Source of the DNA: an uncultured Candidatus Binatia bacterium
GTDB taxonomy: Bacteria > Desulfobacterota > Binatia > Bin18 > CBDCRK01
Assembly (NCBI GenBank): GCA_965220955.1
Contig: CBDCRK010000004.1
Coordinates: forward strand, 23,277-87,276
Direction of reading: 5' to 3'
Length of the DNA: 64,000 bases
Position numbers and translations under genes: made by a program. Shown one piece after another: positions 17,532-26,873 of this stretch (positions are counted from its first letter, which is position 1; the number at the start of each line of letters is the position of its first letter). The notes under the pieces were generated by a model. It did no database searches. It was not told where the DNA came from and saw nothing but the letters and a program-made list of their open reading frames with translations.

Positions 17532-18218
17532 TTAAAGGAACAGTAGTCCTGCACTGCGAAAGCTGAAAACCTCATCCTTGGTCACAATCACATGGTCAAG
17601 GACTTTGATCTGCAAGGTGGCGGCCGCATGGACTAGGGCCTGTGTAAGGATCTTGTCCTGATCTGAAGGGGTAATGTCGCCGTTGGGATGGTTATGGACA
17701 AAAACGAGCGCAGCAGCATTTCTCCGCAGAGCCGCATCCATGACCCGCCGAGGATATACTACGGCACGATCAATGGTTCCTTCTTCAAGGGTTTCATCCC
17801 CCAGAATCCGGTAACCACTATCAAGATAAACAACCTTAAAGGCCTCATGTGGCAGACTACCTAGCGCCGCCCGACAGTAGTCGTAAAGAGCCTGTGGGTC
17901 TAGCAGAGAGGGTTGCTGTTGGCTCCTTTGCTGTAGATAACGGTTAGCCGCCTCCCGGACAATGCGAAGAGCCGTGGCAGCAACTTCTCCACATCCGGGG
18001 ATCTTGCACAGCTCGTCCGGGGGGGCATCAAGCACTCCACGAAACGAGCCGAATTTTTCCAGGGCGAGTTTGGCAGGAATTTTTACGTCTTTACGGGGAA
18101 TAGCCAGTGTGAGTAATAGCTCAACCGCTTCATAATCCTGGAACGGTTCAAGACCATGCTGGGCAAATCGTTCGCGCAGCCGCTTTCGGTGTCCGTAATA
18201 ATGTTTGCCCTCTGGCAT
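17532..18218 (-). CDS. radC: RadC-family JAB/MPN domain protein
   Basis: N-terminal HhH region (GHRKRLRERF) and a JAMM motif HNHPNGD. Confidence 0.85.
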   Translation of the reverse strand: MPEGKHYYGHRKRLRERFAQHGLEPFQDYEAVELLLTLAIPRKDVKIPAKLALEKFGSFRGVLDAPPDELCKIPGCGEVAATALRIVREAANRYLQQRSQQQPSLLDPQALYDYCRAALGSLPHEAFKVVYLDSGYRILGDETLEEGTIDRAVVYPRRVMDAALRRNAAALVFVHNHPNGDITPSDQDKILTQALVHAAATLQIKVLDHVIVTKDEVFSFRSAGLLFL

Positions 18219-18269
18219 AATACAGCTAAAACGTTATTATTCATTCTCATCCTATACTTTCCCATTCAC

Positions 18270-18299
18270 ATTGACAAACAGCTCCCCATCCAGGTAGAC
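18270..18299 (+). promoter_or_regulatory. Possible sigma70-type promoter for the SMP-30-like gene
   Basis: TTGACA (18270-18275), an 18-nt spacer, then TAGACT (18294-18299), about 48 nt upstream of the ATG. Confidence 0.3.
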
Positions 18300-18346
18300 T
18301 CACCCTGCTTTGCGCTTGAGAACAGAGAAAAAAGGAGGAAAAGATA

Positions 18347-19261
18347 ATGGCGACCTATTCAGTCGACCAAGTCGAGATCTTTGGCCATGGCATCCGCGAG
18401 GTCTGCGAGGCCGAGGGCGTTGTTATTGACAAAGAAGGGAACGCCTATGGTGGAGGCCGTAATGGTGTTATCTACAAAGCCGATCCTGAAGGGAAAGTAA
18501 GCGTACTCACCACTTTGCCCTCTGGTTCCATTCCCAACGGTATTACCATGGATCGCCAGGGCAACCTGGTCTACTGCGATCTGGGTAAAAAAGCCATGAT
18601 GCGGGTAACCCAGAGCGGGCAGGTGTCCATGATAGCCGACCGAGTGGGCGACCTGGCCCTGACCATGCCCAACTTTGCCAGCTACGACGCTGAGGGCAAC
18701 CTTTACGTATCTAATTCGAGCACAAAGGATATTAACACTGCGCTGGAGGAACTCTCGAATCCCCAGCCTAACGGAGCCTTGGTCCGCATCCGGCCCGATG
18801 GCAAGGGTGACATTGTGGCCACGGGCATTTACCTGGCCAATGGCACAGCCATTGACCCCAAGGAAGAGGCGGTCTACGTTTTGGAGAGCACTCGTAACGA
18901 CTGCTTACGCATTGAAATCAAAAAGGACGGGACTTTTGGTAAGCCTGAGGTCTGTACCAAGGACTTTCCCGCACTACCGGACGGTATGGCTTTTGACACC
19001 GACGGCAACCTTTACATTACCCTTCCGGCCAAGGTCCAAGGCGGCAGTTTTAATCCGGCCAATCAGGTCATCAAGGTTGATACCAGTGGAAACTGGACCA
19101 TGTTCATTGATGACCCAGCAGGGGAAAAGATGTTCTTCCCCACCAACTGCGCGTTTGGTGGTCCAGGGCTGCAGTATCTCTACATTGCCAACCTGCAGGG
19201 CGACCACTTTAGCCGCGTCCATACATCAGTTCACGGCCACCCCCTCTATCACCAGAGGTAG
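18347..19261 (+). CDS. SMP-30 / gluconolactonase / LRE-like beta-propeller protein
   Basis: 304 aa with repeated propeller-like segments (PNGITMDRQGNLVYCD, ANGTAIDPKEEAVYV, PDGMAFDTDGNLYIT). AGGAGG site upstream. Confidence 0.65.
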   Translation: MATYSVDQVEIFGHGIREVCEAEGVVIDKEGNAYGGGRNGVIYKADPEGKVSVLTTLPSGSIPNGITMDRQGNLVYCDLGKKAMMRVTQSGQVSMIADRVGDLALTMPNFASYDAEGNLYVSNSSTKDINTALEELSNPQPNGALVRIRPDGKGDIVATGIYLANGTAIDPKEEAVYVLESTRNDCLRIEIKKDGTFGKPEVCTKDFPALPDGMAFDTDGNLYITLPAKVQGGSFNPANQVIKVDTSGNWTMFIDDPAGEKMFFPTNCAFGGPGLQYLYIANLQGDHFSRVHTSVHGHPLYHQR

Positions 19262-19283
19262 GTGAGGTGGCAGGAGAGAGGTA

Positions 19284-20624
19284 ATGCCTATAGCTGAAAC
19301 AGACAACCATCGTACGGTTCGTGGTCTCTATGACTTTATTAGTGATAACCTATACCTGAACCGGCCTGACCTGGAGGTCGAGGGAGAAAAATTTAACTCG
19401 GCCCTTCTTTTTAGCCTCCTTACTGCCCTCATTGGCGGCAAGGAGCTTATCATTGGCGAGCCTGGATTAGGGAAGACTACTTCTGCCGAATACGCCTGCG
19501 CGCTTCTTTACCGTATTCCGCTAGCTGTGCTCTGGGGAAGCGAGATTGCCGGGCATCCCGAGCAGACGGAGGAGAAGATTGTGGGTCGGCCTGATCTAGG
19601 CAAGCTCAACCGTGGTGAGGAGCAGGTAGTATGGAGCAACTTTGCTCAACTCCCAGTGAAGATTGTTGACGAGATCAACCGTTTGCCGGAGACCAAGCAG
19701 AGCCTTATCTTGGATGGTGTGGACCGGGGAAACTGGGAGTACCTGAGCCATCTTCTTCTCCACGAGGAATACTGCTTCTTTGCGACTGCCAACTACCAAG
19801 ACCCAGGGGCGCAGACACTGATTCCTCCACTGCTCGACCGCTTTGATGTCACAGTGGAGTCTAAGCATCCGGGTGCTAACCTCTCCTTTCTCATTGGCCA
19901 GCAAGAGAGGAAAGATTATCTCTTGCGCGACCCCGAGTGCGAGCAAGAGTTCTATGCGGTAATCTTAGACAAAATCGCACCAGCAGATAAGGAACCCAGA
20001 CTGGAGGAGGTTGGTGGGCGCTTTGCCAAGCTGCTGCGCGAGCAGCATAGCTTAGTCACCCTGGGTAAAGAGGAACGGCAGGCGCTACGCACAGAGATCG
20101 GCGGCATAGAGTTCAGCCTTGAGGCCAATGCTTTTATGCGCACGGTCCTGGCCGAGATTTCCTTTTGCTGCATGTACGGGCAAAGGCGCTCCAATGAGGA
20201 ATGCCCAGAGGGCTGTCACTATACCGGCTACCTCTGCTACCAGGTGCGCAACTGTGCCTCGAACCGCTTACCGACCTCGCTACGCAAGTATGCCCAGGCT
20301 CTGGCTTGGCTATTAAAAAACAGTCGGGTCGAGGCCGAGCATGTGCATCAGGTGCTGCCTTATGTTATGGCTCACCGAGTACAATGGCGGGATACCTATG
20401 TTTCCACTCGGGAGCGTGAGGAGCGCCGCGACCCCCTGCAGATTTACCTGGCCAAGCAAGCGGTCTCTGAGATCTGGCACCGCTTTGCTGAACAGCGTCA
20501 GGAGATTCAGGCCGCCCTGGCTAGGGCTGGCCGTATTCTAACGGGGGAGGATCTTAAGCCTCTAGAGGGAGACCATCCGGTATATGCCGAGATCAAGCGG
20601 GATTTGGGGAGCGAAGGACCATGA
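19284..20624 (+). CDS. MoxR-like AAA+ ATPase with a C-terminal Cys-rich segment
   Basis: Walker A GEPGLGKTT and Walker B KIVDEINRL. Cys cluster CCMYGQRRSNEECPEGCHYTGYLCYQVRNC. Translationally coupled to the next gene by a 4-nt overlap. Confidence 0.7.
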   Translation: MPIAETDNHRTVRGLYDFISDNLYLNRPDLEVEGEKFNSALLFSLLTALIGGKELIIGEPGLGKTTSAEYACALLYRIPLAVLWGSEIAGHPEQTEEKIVGRPDLGKLNRGEEQVVWSNFAQLPVKIVDEINRLPETKQSLILDGVDRGNWEYLSHLLLHEEYCFFATANYQDPGAQTLIPPLLDRFDVTVESKHPGANLSFLIGQQERKDYLLRDPECEQEFYAVILDKIAPADKEPRLEEVGGRFAKLLREQHSLVTLGKEERQALRTEIGGIEFSLEANAFMRTVLAEISFCCMYGQRRSNEECPEGCHYTGYLCYQVRNCASNRLPTSLRKYAQALAWLLKNSRVEAEHVHQVLPYVMAHRVQWRDTYVSTREREERRDPLQIYLAKQAVSEIWHRFAEQRQEIQAALARAGRILTGEDLKPLEGDHPVYAEIKRDLGSEGP

Positions 20625-21307
20625 TCAATCCATTCCGTGAATTTCAGGGCTACCAGGGAAAAGAGAGAGAAATTCCTCTGGACCGCATTATTGCAGCCAA
20701 GGACCTTATTCTGGATCAGTTAGTCACCGGGTATCACAAGCTGGTAGAAGCTGAGGTGCATAACCTGGTCTGGATGGTCGAGCATGGCACGCTCTTGCGG
20801 GTATATGCTGCGGCTGAGAAGGCCATTACTGAGCTTAGCTTTACTGTGGAGGATATTGAGGACTTTTGCTTTGCCCTGGAGAATGCTCAGCGTTTTCCCT
20901 TTGCCTTGGGCGGACCCTCTGGCCTTTACCTCTCCGCTCTCTGCAACCGGGTAGAGTCTCCAGAGATCACGCTTAGGCTGACTGGACTCAAGAGCCGGGT
21001 GCACTTGCTTGGCTACCGACTACCAGAGGGCAAGCGGCTCACTATAGAGGGGAGTTGTGGAGATTTCGTTGGCGCCGCTATGGAAGGTGGGGAAATTATT
21101 GTACAAGGGAGCACTGGCAATTGGACAGCCGTCGGCCTGAGGCGGGGGAAGATTACCATTCAGGGAAATACTGGTGAACGCACCGGCGAGTGGATGGAGG
21201 GTGGGGAACTCCACGTAGGAGGACGGATTGGCAGCCTTGGCCGGGTAGACAATGGCAAAGTCTATGTGGGAGAAAGGCAAGTTGCTCCAGTAAAGGAAAC
21301 AACATGA
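20621..21307 (+). CDS. GXGXG-repeat domain protein (GltB domain 3 / FwdC-like)
   Basis: IEGSCGDFVGAAMEGGEIIVQGSTGNWTAVGLRRGKITIQGNTGERTGEWMEGGELHVGGRIGSLG matches the GXGXG beta-helix repeat pattern. Confidence 0.65.
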   Translation: MINPFREFQGYQGKEREIPLDRIIAAKDLILDQLVTGYHKLVEAEVHNLVWMVEHGTLLRVYAAAEKAITELSFTVEDIEDFCFALENAQRFPFALGGPSGLYLSALCNRVESPEITLRLTGLKSRVHLLGYRLPEGKRLTIEGSCGDFVGAAMEGGEIIVQGSTGNWTAVGLRRGKITIQGNTGERTGEWMEGGELHVGGRIGSLGRVDNGKVYVGERQVAPVKETT

Positions 21308-22875
21308 ATCTCCAGGAAATTATTGCCGATATGTGGCCGCGGGTGCGGCGCAAGCATTTCTTTCCAGAACTACCTATGCCCCAGGTGGGAGAGAGTGAAA
21401 AGAAGGCCGCGGTTGAGATGAAAAATAAGCAGATTGTTGTGGACGCGGCCTTCTGTGAGCAGCTTGCCGCCAACATGCCCATAGAGGAGGTTGTGGAAGC
21501 ATCCCTTGACCACGGAGTCGCCCACTACACCCGTTGTCCTTGGGACTTTGCTACCCACCTGCGACTTCATGCGGCAGCCAAAGAAGTGCTCAAAGAACCA
21601 GACATGGCACAGCGAGCTACCGACACCTTTATTGACGCAGTTGCAGACACTTATTGTGTCAAGGAGTTGGAGACGGCATTACCCAAGCTTTATCAACACA
21701 TTGAGCGCAACCCGCTTGACGAGGTTATGACTGCTCTTTACAGCCGCATCTGGGGGGTTGACCTTGAGGGCTCTGGTCCAGAGGCGCTTATCCGCCGACT
21801 TTCTCGCATCCCCTATCTTGATCGGTCAAAATGGGAGCAGAGCTTGCGCCGTTTCTGCCAGCTTATTCGTCCACTTTTGGAAGAGGAAAAACAGCAGGAG
21901 CAGGGAATGTCCTCGGCTCCGCTGGGTCAGCATGGCCTGGCCGGGCACTCCCAAAGCGAGGTGGATCAGGGACTTAGGGAGTTTGCTCAGAATACAGCCA
22001 ATCCGCGGCAGTTCCGGGAGACCGTGTCCGATTTTGCCGAGGAACTGGCCGAGATGGGCTATGCCACAGAACAAGAGGGAATGGGACGCGGACGGGGCAA
22101 AGAAGTTGATACCGACATTCTCTATTACATGAAGTTGGCGGAGAGGTACCATCTGCCCGTGCACAAGGCACCACAGCAGAAGAGTAGCTCTTATGATCCC
22201 TATGCGCACACCCCTTGGGAGTTGGGCAAACCTATTCAGGACATTGACGTATGGACAAGCTTTGGCAAGATCTTGCCAGGAATAACCCAGACCTGGATAC
22301 GCCGGCAGGGAGAAACAGTGGGCCGTCGTGAGGGCGTGCCTGATTGTATTATAGTTATTGACTCTTCGGGTAGCATGACGAATCCCAGGCATCTTCTCAG
22401 TCATGCCATTCTGGGGGCCGGGTGCGCTTGCGAAGCCTACCTACGCGCTGGGGCTGAGGTGGCGGTATATAACTTCAGCGATGCCCCCAAGGGAGGAAGG
22501 CTGCTACTTGACTTTACTGATGACCGCAAGCGCATCTACCAAGCGCTCTGCCGCTACTTTGGTGGGGGAACTGCGCTTGCTCTGGAAGAGCTGGAAGGTC
22601 TCCGCCACAGAGCCCGCCGTGCTGCTCCCGATGTTTTCCTGATCACCGATATGCAGATCACCAACCTGGAAACGGTTATTGCCTATCTTTCTCAGCTGGA
22701 GGGTCGCCTCACTGCGGTCCACATTGGCGAAACGACCTCTGCTCTGCAGTTTAAGAAGGCTACTGCCGGGTGGAAGAATGTCAACGTGTTTGCTGTTAAC
22801 CGGCGAGAGGACATCCCGCGGATCATCCTTGGCCAGGTCAAAGAGTACCTGTACGTTGGACAACTTCGCAAGTAA
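21304..22875 (+). CDS. von Willebrand factor A (VWA) domain protein
   Basis: ATGA start/stop overlap with the previous gene. MIDAS motif in CIIVIDSSGSMT. The N-terminal region of about 340 aa has no recognised family. Confidence 0.7.
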   Translation: MNLQEIIADMWPRVRRKHFFPELPMPQVGESEKKAAVEMKNKQIVVDAAFCEQLAANMPIEEVVEASLDHGVAHYTRCPWDFATHLRLHAAAKEVLKEPDMAQRATDTFIDAVADTYCVKELETALPKLYQHIERNPLDEVMTALYSRIWGVDLEGSGPEALIRRLSRIPYLDRSKWEQSLRRFCQLIRPLLEEEKQQEQGMSSAPLGQHGLAGHSQSEVDQGLREFAQNTANPRQFRETVSDFAEELAEMGYATEQEGMGRGRGKEVDTDILYYMKLAERYHLPVHKAPQQKSSSYDPYAHTPWELGKPIQDIDVWTSFGKILPGITQTWIRRQGETVGRREGVPDCIIVIDSSGSMTNPRHLLSHAILGAGCACEAYLRAGAEVAVYNFSDAPKGGRLLLDFTDDRKRIYQALCRYFGGGTALALEELEGLRHRARRAAPDVFLITDMQITNLETVIAYLSQLEGRLTAVHIGETTSALQFKKATAGWKNVNVFAVNRREDIPRIILGQVKEYLYVGQLRK

Positions 22876-22977
22876 GCGGGGCAGAGACAGAGAGTCGAGA
22901 CAGAGATAGATTTCTTGACGCTAGGATAGCAATGAGTATAAAATACTGTTCAATTTCGCAGAAAGGAGGGTAAAATT

Positions 22978-24084
22978 ATGGCAGAATATCGTATCATTTC
23001 GGGGGATTCACACTTTGTTGAACCCCCCAACATGTGGGCGGAGCGCATTGATCCAAAATTCCGTGACAAGGCCCCGCACACAAAACGAGGGCATGAGGAT
23101 AAAGAGGGGGAATTTTTTGTCTGTGAAAACATTAATCCCATACAGGTAGCCGGGTTTTTTGGTTCGGGCAAAAGCGCTGAGGAGTTACCTGAGCACGTCA
23201 AAAAAGGATTTGAGGTCGCACCCAAGAGCATATGGGACCCGGCCGAGCGGCTCAAAGAGCAAGATGCCGATGGAGTAAGTGCTGAAGTGCTCTACACCTC
23301 CATGGGTATGCTCCTCTTTGGTCTCGATGATGCCGAGCTCAGGGCGGCCAGCTTTCGGGCATTCAACGACTATGCGGCCGAGTACTGCAGCTATGATCCC
23401 AAGCGGCTCATTGGGCTGGGGGCGATCACACTGGAGGACATTCCGGCGGCAGTGGCAGAGCTGGAGCGTATTGCCAAGAAGGGACTGCATGGAACACTGA
23501 TTTGGGGAGCTCCACCCGAAGACAAGCCCTATAGCCTAGCCGACTATGACCCCTTCTGGGCAGCCGCTCAGGATCTGGATATGCCCCTAAGCCTCCACAT
23601 TCTCACCGGACGAGGCGGAGTACGGTTTGACTTGCGTCGCGTGTTGTTTGGCTACATGAGGCTACCCCAGGAAATCCAGCTAACCTTTGCCGATATTATT
23701 ACCGGAGGGGTGCTGGAGCGTTTTCCGCGTCTCAAGCTGGTGTCGGCCGAGAATGACATTTCTTGGGTACCTCACTTCATGTATCGGTTGGATCATGCCT
23801 ATGATCGACTGCGGCATTTTGAGGGGCTGAGCCTGCCCATGATGCCCAGCGAGTATATGAAGCGTAATGTAGTGGCCACCTTCCAGTTTGAGACTACCAA
23901 TGTAAACTTCACCCGGCAGATTTTTGGGGCGGAGAATATTATGTGGTCGTCGGACTATCCTCACACCGACTCTCCCTGGCCCCGCTCTCGGGATATCATT
24001 GATGAGGCTTTTAAGGGTATTCCTGAGGCGGATGTGCAGAAGATTGTGGGCGGCAATGTTGCCCGCTTCTATGGAGTCAGTTAG
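22978..24084 (+). CDS. Amidohydrolase-2 family protein (ACMSD-like metal-dependent hydrolase/decarboxylase), paralog 1
   Basis: MAEYRIISGDSHFVEPPNMWAERIDPKFRDKAPH... and ...WSSDYPHTDSPWP are typical of PF04909-type proteins. AGGAGGG site upstream. Confidence 0.75.
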   Translation: MAEYRIISGDSHFVEPPNMWAERIDPKFRDKAPHTKRGHEDKEGEFFVCENINPIQVAGFFGSGKSAEELPEHVKKGFEVAPKSIWDPAERLKEQDADGVSAEVLYTSMGMLLFGLDDAELRAASFRAFNDYAAEYCSYDPKRLIGLGAITLEDIPAAVAELERIAKKGLHGTLIWGAPPEDKPYSLADYDPFWAAAQDLDMPLSLHILTGRGGVRFDLRRVLFGYMRLPQEIQLTFADIITGGVLERFPRLKLVSAENDISWVPHFMYRLDHAYDRLRHFEGLSLPMMPSEYMKRNVVATFQFETTNVNFTRQIFGAENIMWSSDYPHTDSPWPRSRDIIDEAFKGIPEADVQKIVGGNVARFYGVS

Positions 24085-24118
24085 CAGCGGGTAAGCAATA
24101 CAAAAGGAGGGTGGAAAC

Positions 24119-25225
24119 ATGGCAGAGTATCGCATTATTTCAGGGGATTCACACTTTGTTGAGCCTCCGAACATGTGGGCGGAACGCATGGACTCCAAAT
24201 TTCGTGACAAGGCCCCGCATACAGTACAGGGACATGAGGGCCAAGAGGGGGAGTTTTTTATCTGTGAGAACGTTAGCCCCATTCCGGTCGCAGGGTTTTT
24301 TGGCTCGGGTAAAAGCGCTGAGGAGCTTCCCGAACACCGCAAGCGGGGATTCGAGGTGGCACCCAAAAGTGTGTGGGACCCGGCCGAGCGGCTCAAAGAA
24401 CAGGACGTTGATGGAGTAAGTGCTGAGGTGCTCTACACCTCCATGGGTATGCTTCTTTTTGGCCTGGACGATGGGGAGCTAAGGGCAGCCTGTTTTCGGG
24501 CTTTTAACGACTATGCAGCCGAGTATTGCAGCTATGATCCCAAGCGGCTTATCGGCCTTGGAGTAATCTCGCTAGAGGATATTCCCGCAGCAATGGCAGA
24601 ACTGGAGCGCATTGCCAAGAAGGGACTGCATGGAGCACTGATTTGGGGAGTCCCACCGGAAGACAAGCCCTATAGCCTGCCCGACTATGACCCCTTCTGG
24701 GCCGCAGCCCAGGACCTGGACATGCCTCTAAGCCTCCATATCATTACCAGCCGCAAAGGACTGCAATTCGACCCACGCCGGGTGCTGTATCGCTACATGA
24801 GGCTGCCCCAGGAGGTCCAGCTCTCCTTTGCCGACCTAATTACGGGCGGAGTGCCCGAGCGCTTTCCGCGTCTTAAGCTGGTGTCGGCAGAAAACGACAT
24901 CTCTTGGATTCCTCACTTCATGTATCGGCTAGACCATGCCTATGATCGACTGCGGCACTTTGAAGGGCTGAGCCTGCCCATGATGCCCAGTGAGTATATG
25001 CAACGCAATGTGACGGCTACTTTCCAGTTTGAGACTACCAATGTGGATTTCACCCGGCAAATTTTTGGGGCGAAGAATATTGTGTGGTCATCGGATTATC
25101 CACACACGGACTCTACCTGGCCTCGCTCCAAGAATATGATTGCCGAGGCTTTCAAAGGCATGCCCGAAGAGGATGTGCAGAAGATTGTGGGTGGCAACGC
25201 TGCTCGCCTCTACGGCGTCAATTAG
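24119..25225 (+). CDS. Amidohydrolase-2 family protein, tandem paralog 2
   Basis: Same length (368 aa) as paralog 1, with 14 differences in the first 100 aligned residues by hand count. Confidence 0.75.
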   Translation: MAEYRIISGDSHFVEPPNMWAERMDSKFRDKAPHTVQGHEGQEGEFFICENVSPIPVAGFFGSGKSAEELPEHRKRGFEVAPKSVWDPAERLKEQDVDGVSAEVLYTSMGMLLFGLDDGELRAACFRAFNDYAAEYCSYDPKRLIGLGVISLEDIPAAMAELERIAKKGLHGALIWGVPPEDKPYSLPDYDPFWAAAQDLDMPLSLHIITSRKGLQFDPRRVLYRYMRLPQEVQLSFADLITGGVPERFPRLKLVSAENDISWIPHFMYRLDHAYDRLRHFEGLSLPMMPSEYMQRNVTATFQFETTNVDFTRQIFGAKNIVWSSDYPHTDSTWPRSKNMIAEAFKGMPEEDVQKIVGGNAARLYGVN

Positions 25226-25255
25226 CGAATCATCCCGCCTGTACCTTGCCAGTTT

Positions 25256-25280
25256 AAGGGCAACCCTTGTGGTTGCCCTT
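25256..25280 (+). terminator. Hairpin after amidohydrolase paralog 2
   Basis: aagggcaacc-cttgt-ggttgccctt is a perfect 10-bp stem 30 nt after the stop. The downstream U-tract is weak (cttctcc). Confidence 0.5.
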
Positions 25281-25440
25281 CTCCACCCATACGAGCAAGC
25301 CGATTTACGTATTCAAGCCTGACCCTTGAGACACCCCTCCGATTATCTCTGCCTACTGCTCCGTCTCCTCCAACTCGTTTCTGATGTATTGAGTAGAGAA
25401 CAATAGATGAGAAGCTGTTGGAAAAGCCTTGTTCAGGGAG

Positions 25441-25486
25441 GAGCGGGGAGATTTACAGCCGAGCGCTGAGGGAAATCCCCCCGCTC
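25441..25486 (+). other. Strong imperfect hairpin in the 5' region of the CoA-transferase gene
   Basis: gagcggggagattt...aaatccccccgctc: 8 bp, an A-C mismatch, then 5 bp, with an 18-nt loop. About 150 nt upstream of the start at 25638. Confidence 0.4.
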
Positions 25487-25637
25487 TATACGCGCCCCTA
25501 CACGGGCTAGAGCAACAGGGCTACTTTCCCTTGGAGGCGGTTCTCGTTAGTATGTGCTGGCAATTTTACCAAAGAGTGCTCAATAGTCTTTCAATACGTC
25601 AGTCCCGGTGGGTCTGGCAATGCAAGAGGGAGGAGTT

Positions 25638-26795
25638 ATGGGAGTCTTATCCGGTTACAAGATAGTCGAATTTGCAGGGATCGGTCCTGCCCCCATGTGT
25701 GCCATGTTGCTCTCGGACATGGGGGCCGAGGTACTGCGGATTGACCGGGCCGAGGACGCGAGCCTGGGGATACCAACAGATTCCAAGTATAATCTGCTGG
25801 GACGTGGTCGCCGTTCGGTGGCAATCGATTTGAAGCGTAAGGAAGGCACTGAGGTTGGGCTCAAGCTGGTTGAGCAGGCCGATGCGCTGATTGAAGGGTT
25901 CCGCCCTGGCGTGATGGAACGCTTGGGACTTGGGCCAGAGCCATGTCAGGCTCGCAATCCTCGTCTGGTCTATGGGCGGATGACCGGCTGGGGCCAGGAA
26001 GGGCGGTTGGCCCCGGCGGTTGGCCACGATATCAACTACATTGCCTTGGTCGGGGCCCTGCACTCGATCGGGCGCAAAGGCGAAGCACCGGTTCCACCAC
26101 TCAATCTGGTTGGCGATTTCGGCGGCGGTGGTGTGTATCTTGCGCTGGGGGTAGTGGGCGCGCTACTAGAGGCGCAGAAGTCAGGCAAAGGCCAGGTGAT
26201 CGACGTGGCCATGATCGATGGGGCCGCTTCGTTAATGACTGCCATTTATGGGTTACGTGCGGCCGGGCGATGGACGGATCAACGGGGGGATAATATCCTG
26301 GACACCGGAGCCCATTATTATAATGTGTACGAAACGCAGGATGGGAAATACATCTCCGTTGGTTCGATCGAGCCCAAGTTCTACACTGAGTTACTCCGCT
26401 TGACTGGACTGGAAAATGAGGAGTTGCCCCGTCAGAATGATAAGCCTTCGTGGCCCACGTTCACAGAGCGATTGACGGCCATTTTCCGGACCAAGACCCG
26501 CGACGAATGGTGCGCTATCCTGGAGGGAAGCGATGTATGCTTTGCCCCTGTTCTCAGCATGCAGGAGGCGCCCAGTCACCCCCATAACCGCGAGCGCGGG
26601 ACCTTTATAGAACTCGAGGGTGTGGTGCAACCAGCCCCGGCTCCGCGATTCAGCCGCACTCCCAGCTCCATCCAGAGACCTCCGGCTAACCCAGGAGAGC
26701 ATACCAAGGAGGCGCTGCGTGATTGGGGTTTTGATGCTTCGGAGCTAGAGCAGCTCCAGGGATGCGGCGCCATTGGCACCCGCACCCCGTCATAG
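25638..26795 (+). CDS. Family III CoA-transferase (CaiB/BaiF; alpha-methylacyl-CoA racemase-like)
   Basis: MGVLSGYKIVEFAGIGPAPMCAMLLSDMGAEVLRIDR is the canonical N-terminus. Start taken after GAGGGAGGAG. The ORF is open from 25608. Confidence 0.85.
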   Translation: MGVLSGYKIVEFAGIGPAPMCAMLLSDMGAEVLRIDRAEDASLGIPTDSKYNLLGRGRRSVAIDLKRKEGTEVGLKLVEQADALIEGFRPGVMERLGLGPEPCQARNPRLVYGRMTGWGQEGRLAPAVGHDINYIALVGALHSIGRKGEAPVPPLNLVGDFGGGGVYLALGVVGALLEAQKSGKGQVIDVAMIDGAASLMTAIYGLRAAGRWTDQRGDNILDTGAHYYNVYETQDGKYISVGSIEPKFYTELLRLTGLENEELPRQNDKPSWPTFTERLTAIFRTKTRDEWCAILEGSDVCFAPVLSMQEAPSHPHNRERGTFIELEGVVQPAPAPRFSRTPSSIQRPPANPGEHTKEALRDWGFDASELEQLQGCGAIGTRTPS

Positions 26796-26844
26796 TAGAA
26801 TACGATTTGTCCTTTCAGTGGTTAGCAGCAGTGCTTTTGGGGGA

Positions 26845-26871
26845 AATGCGCCGGTCCTGTATCGGCGCATT
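26845..26871. terminator. Hairpin between convergent genes (possible bidirectional terminator)
   Basis: aatgcgccg-gtcctgtat-cggcgcatt is a 9-bp stem between the CoA-transferase stop (26795) and the MaoC stop (26874). Confidence 0.5.
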
Positions 26872-26873
26872 CA

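Noticed and set aside
18675-19265. 196-aa plus-strand ORF in an alternative frame of the SMP-30-like gene. Similar long alternative-frame or antisense ORFs occur at 21826-22404, 29575-30195, 34109-34711, 41210-41881, 44775-45347, 56181-56669 and 60888-61457.
   Set aside because: Their composition is Arg/Ser/Pro-rich and low complexity, as is typical of off-frame translation of GC-rich coding DNA. Each is fully contained in a well-supported gene.
23680-24396. 238-aa minus-strand ORF spanning the junction of the two amidohydrolase genes, and its twin at 22950-23255
   Set aside because: These are antisense shadow ORFs of strongly supported plus-strand genes. Their duplication merely mirrors the tandem paralogs.
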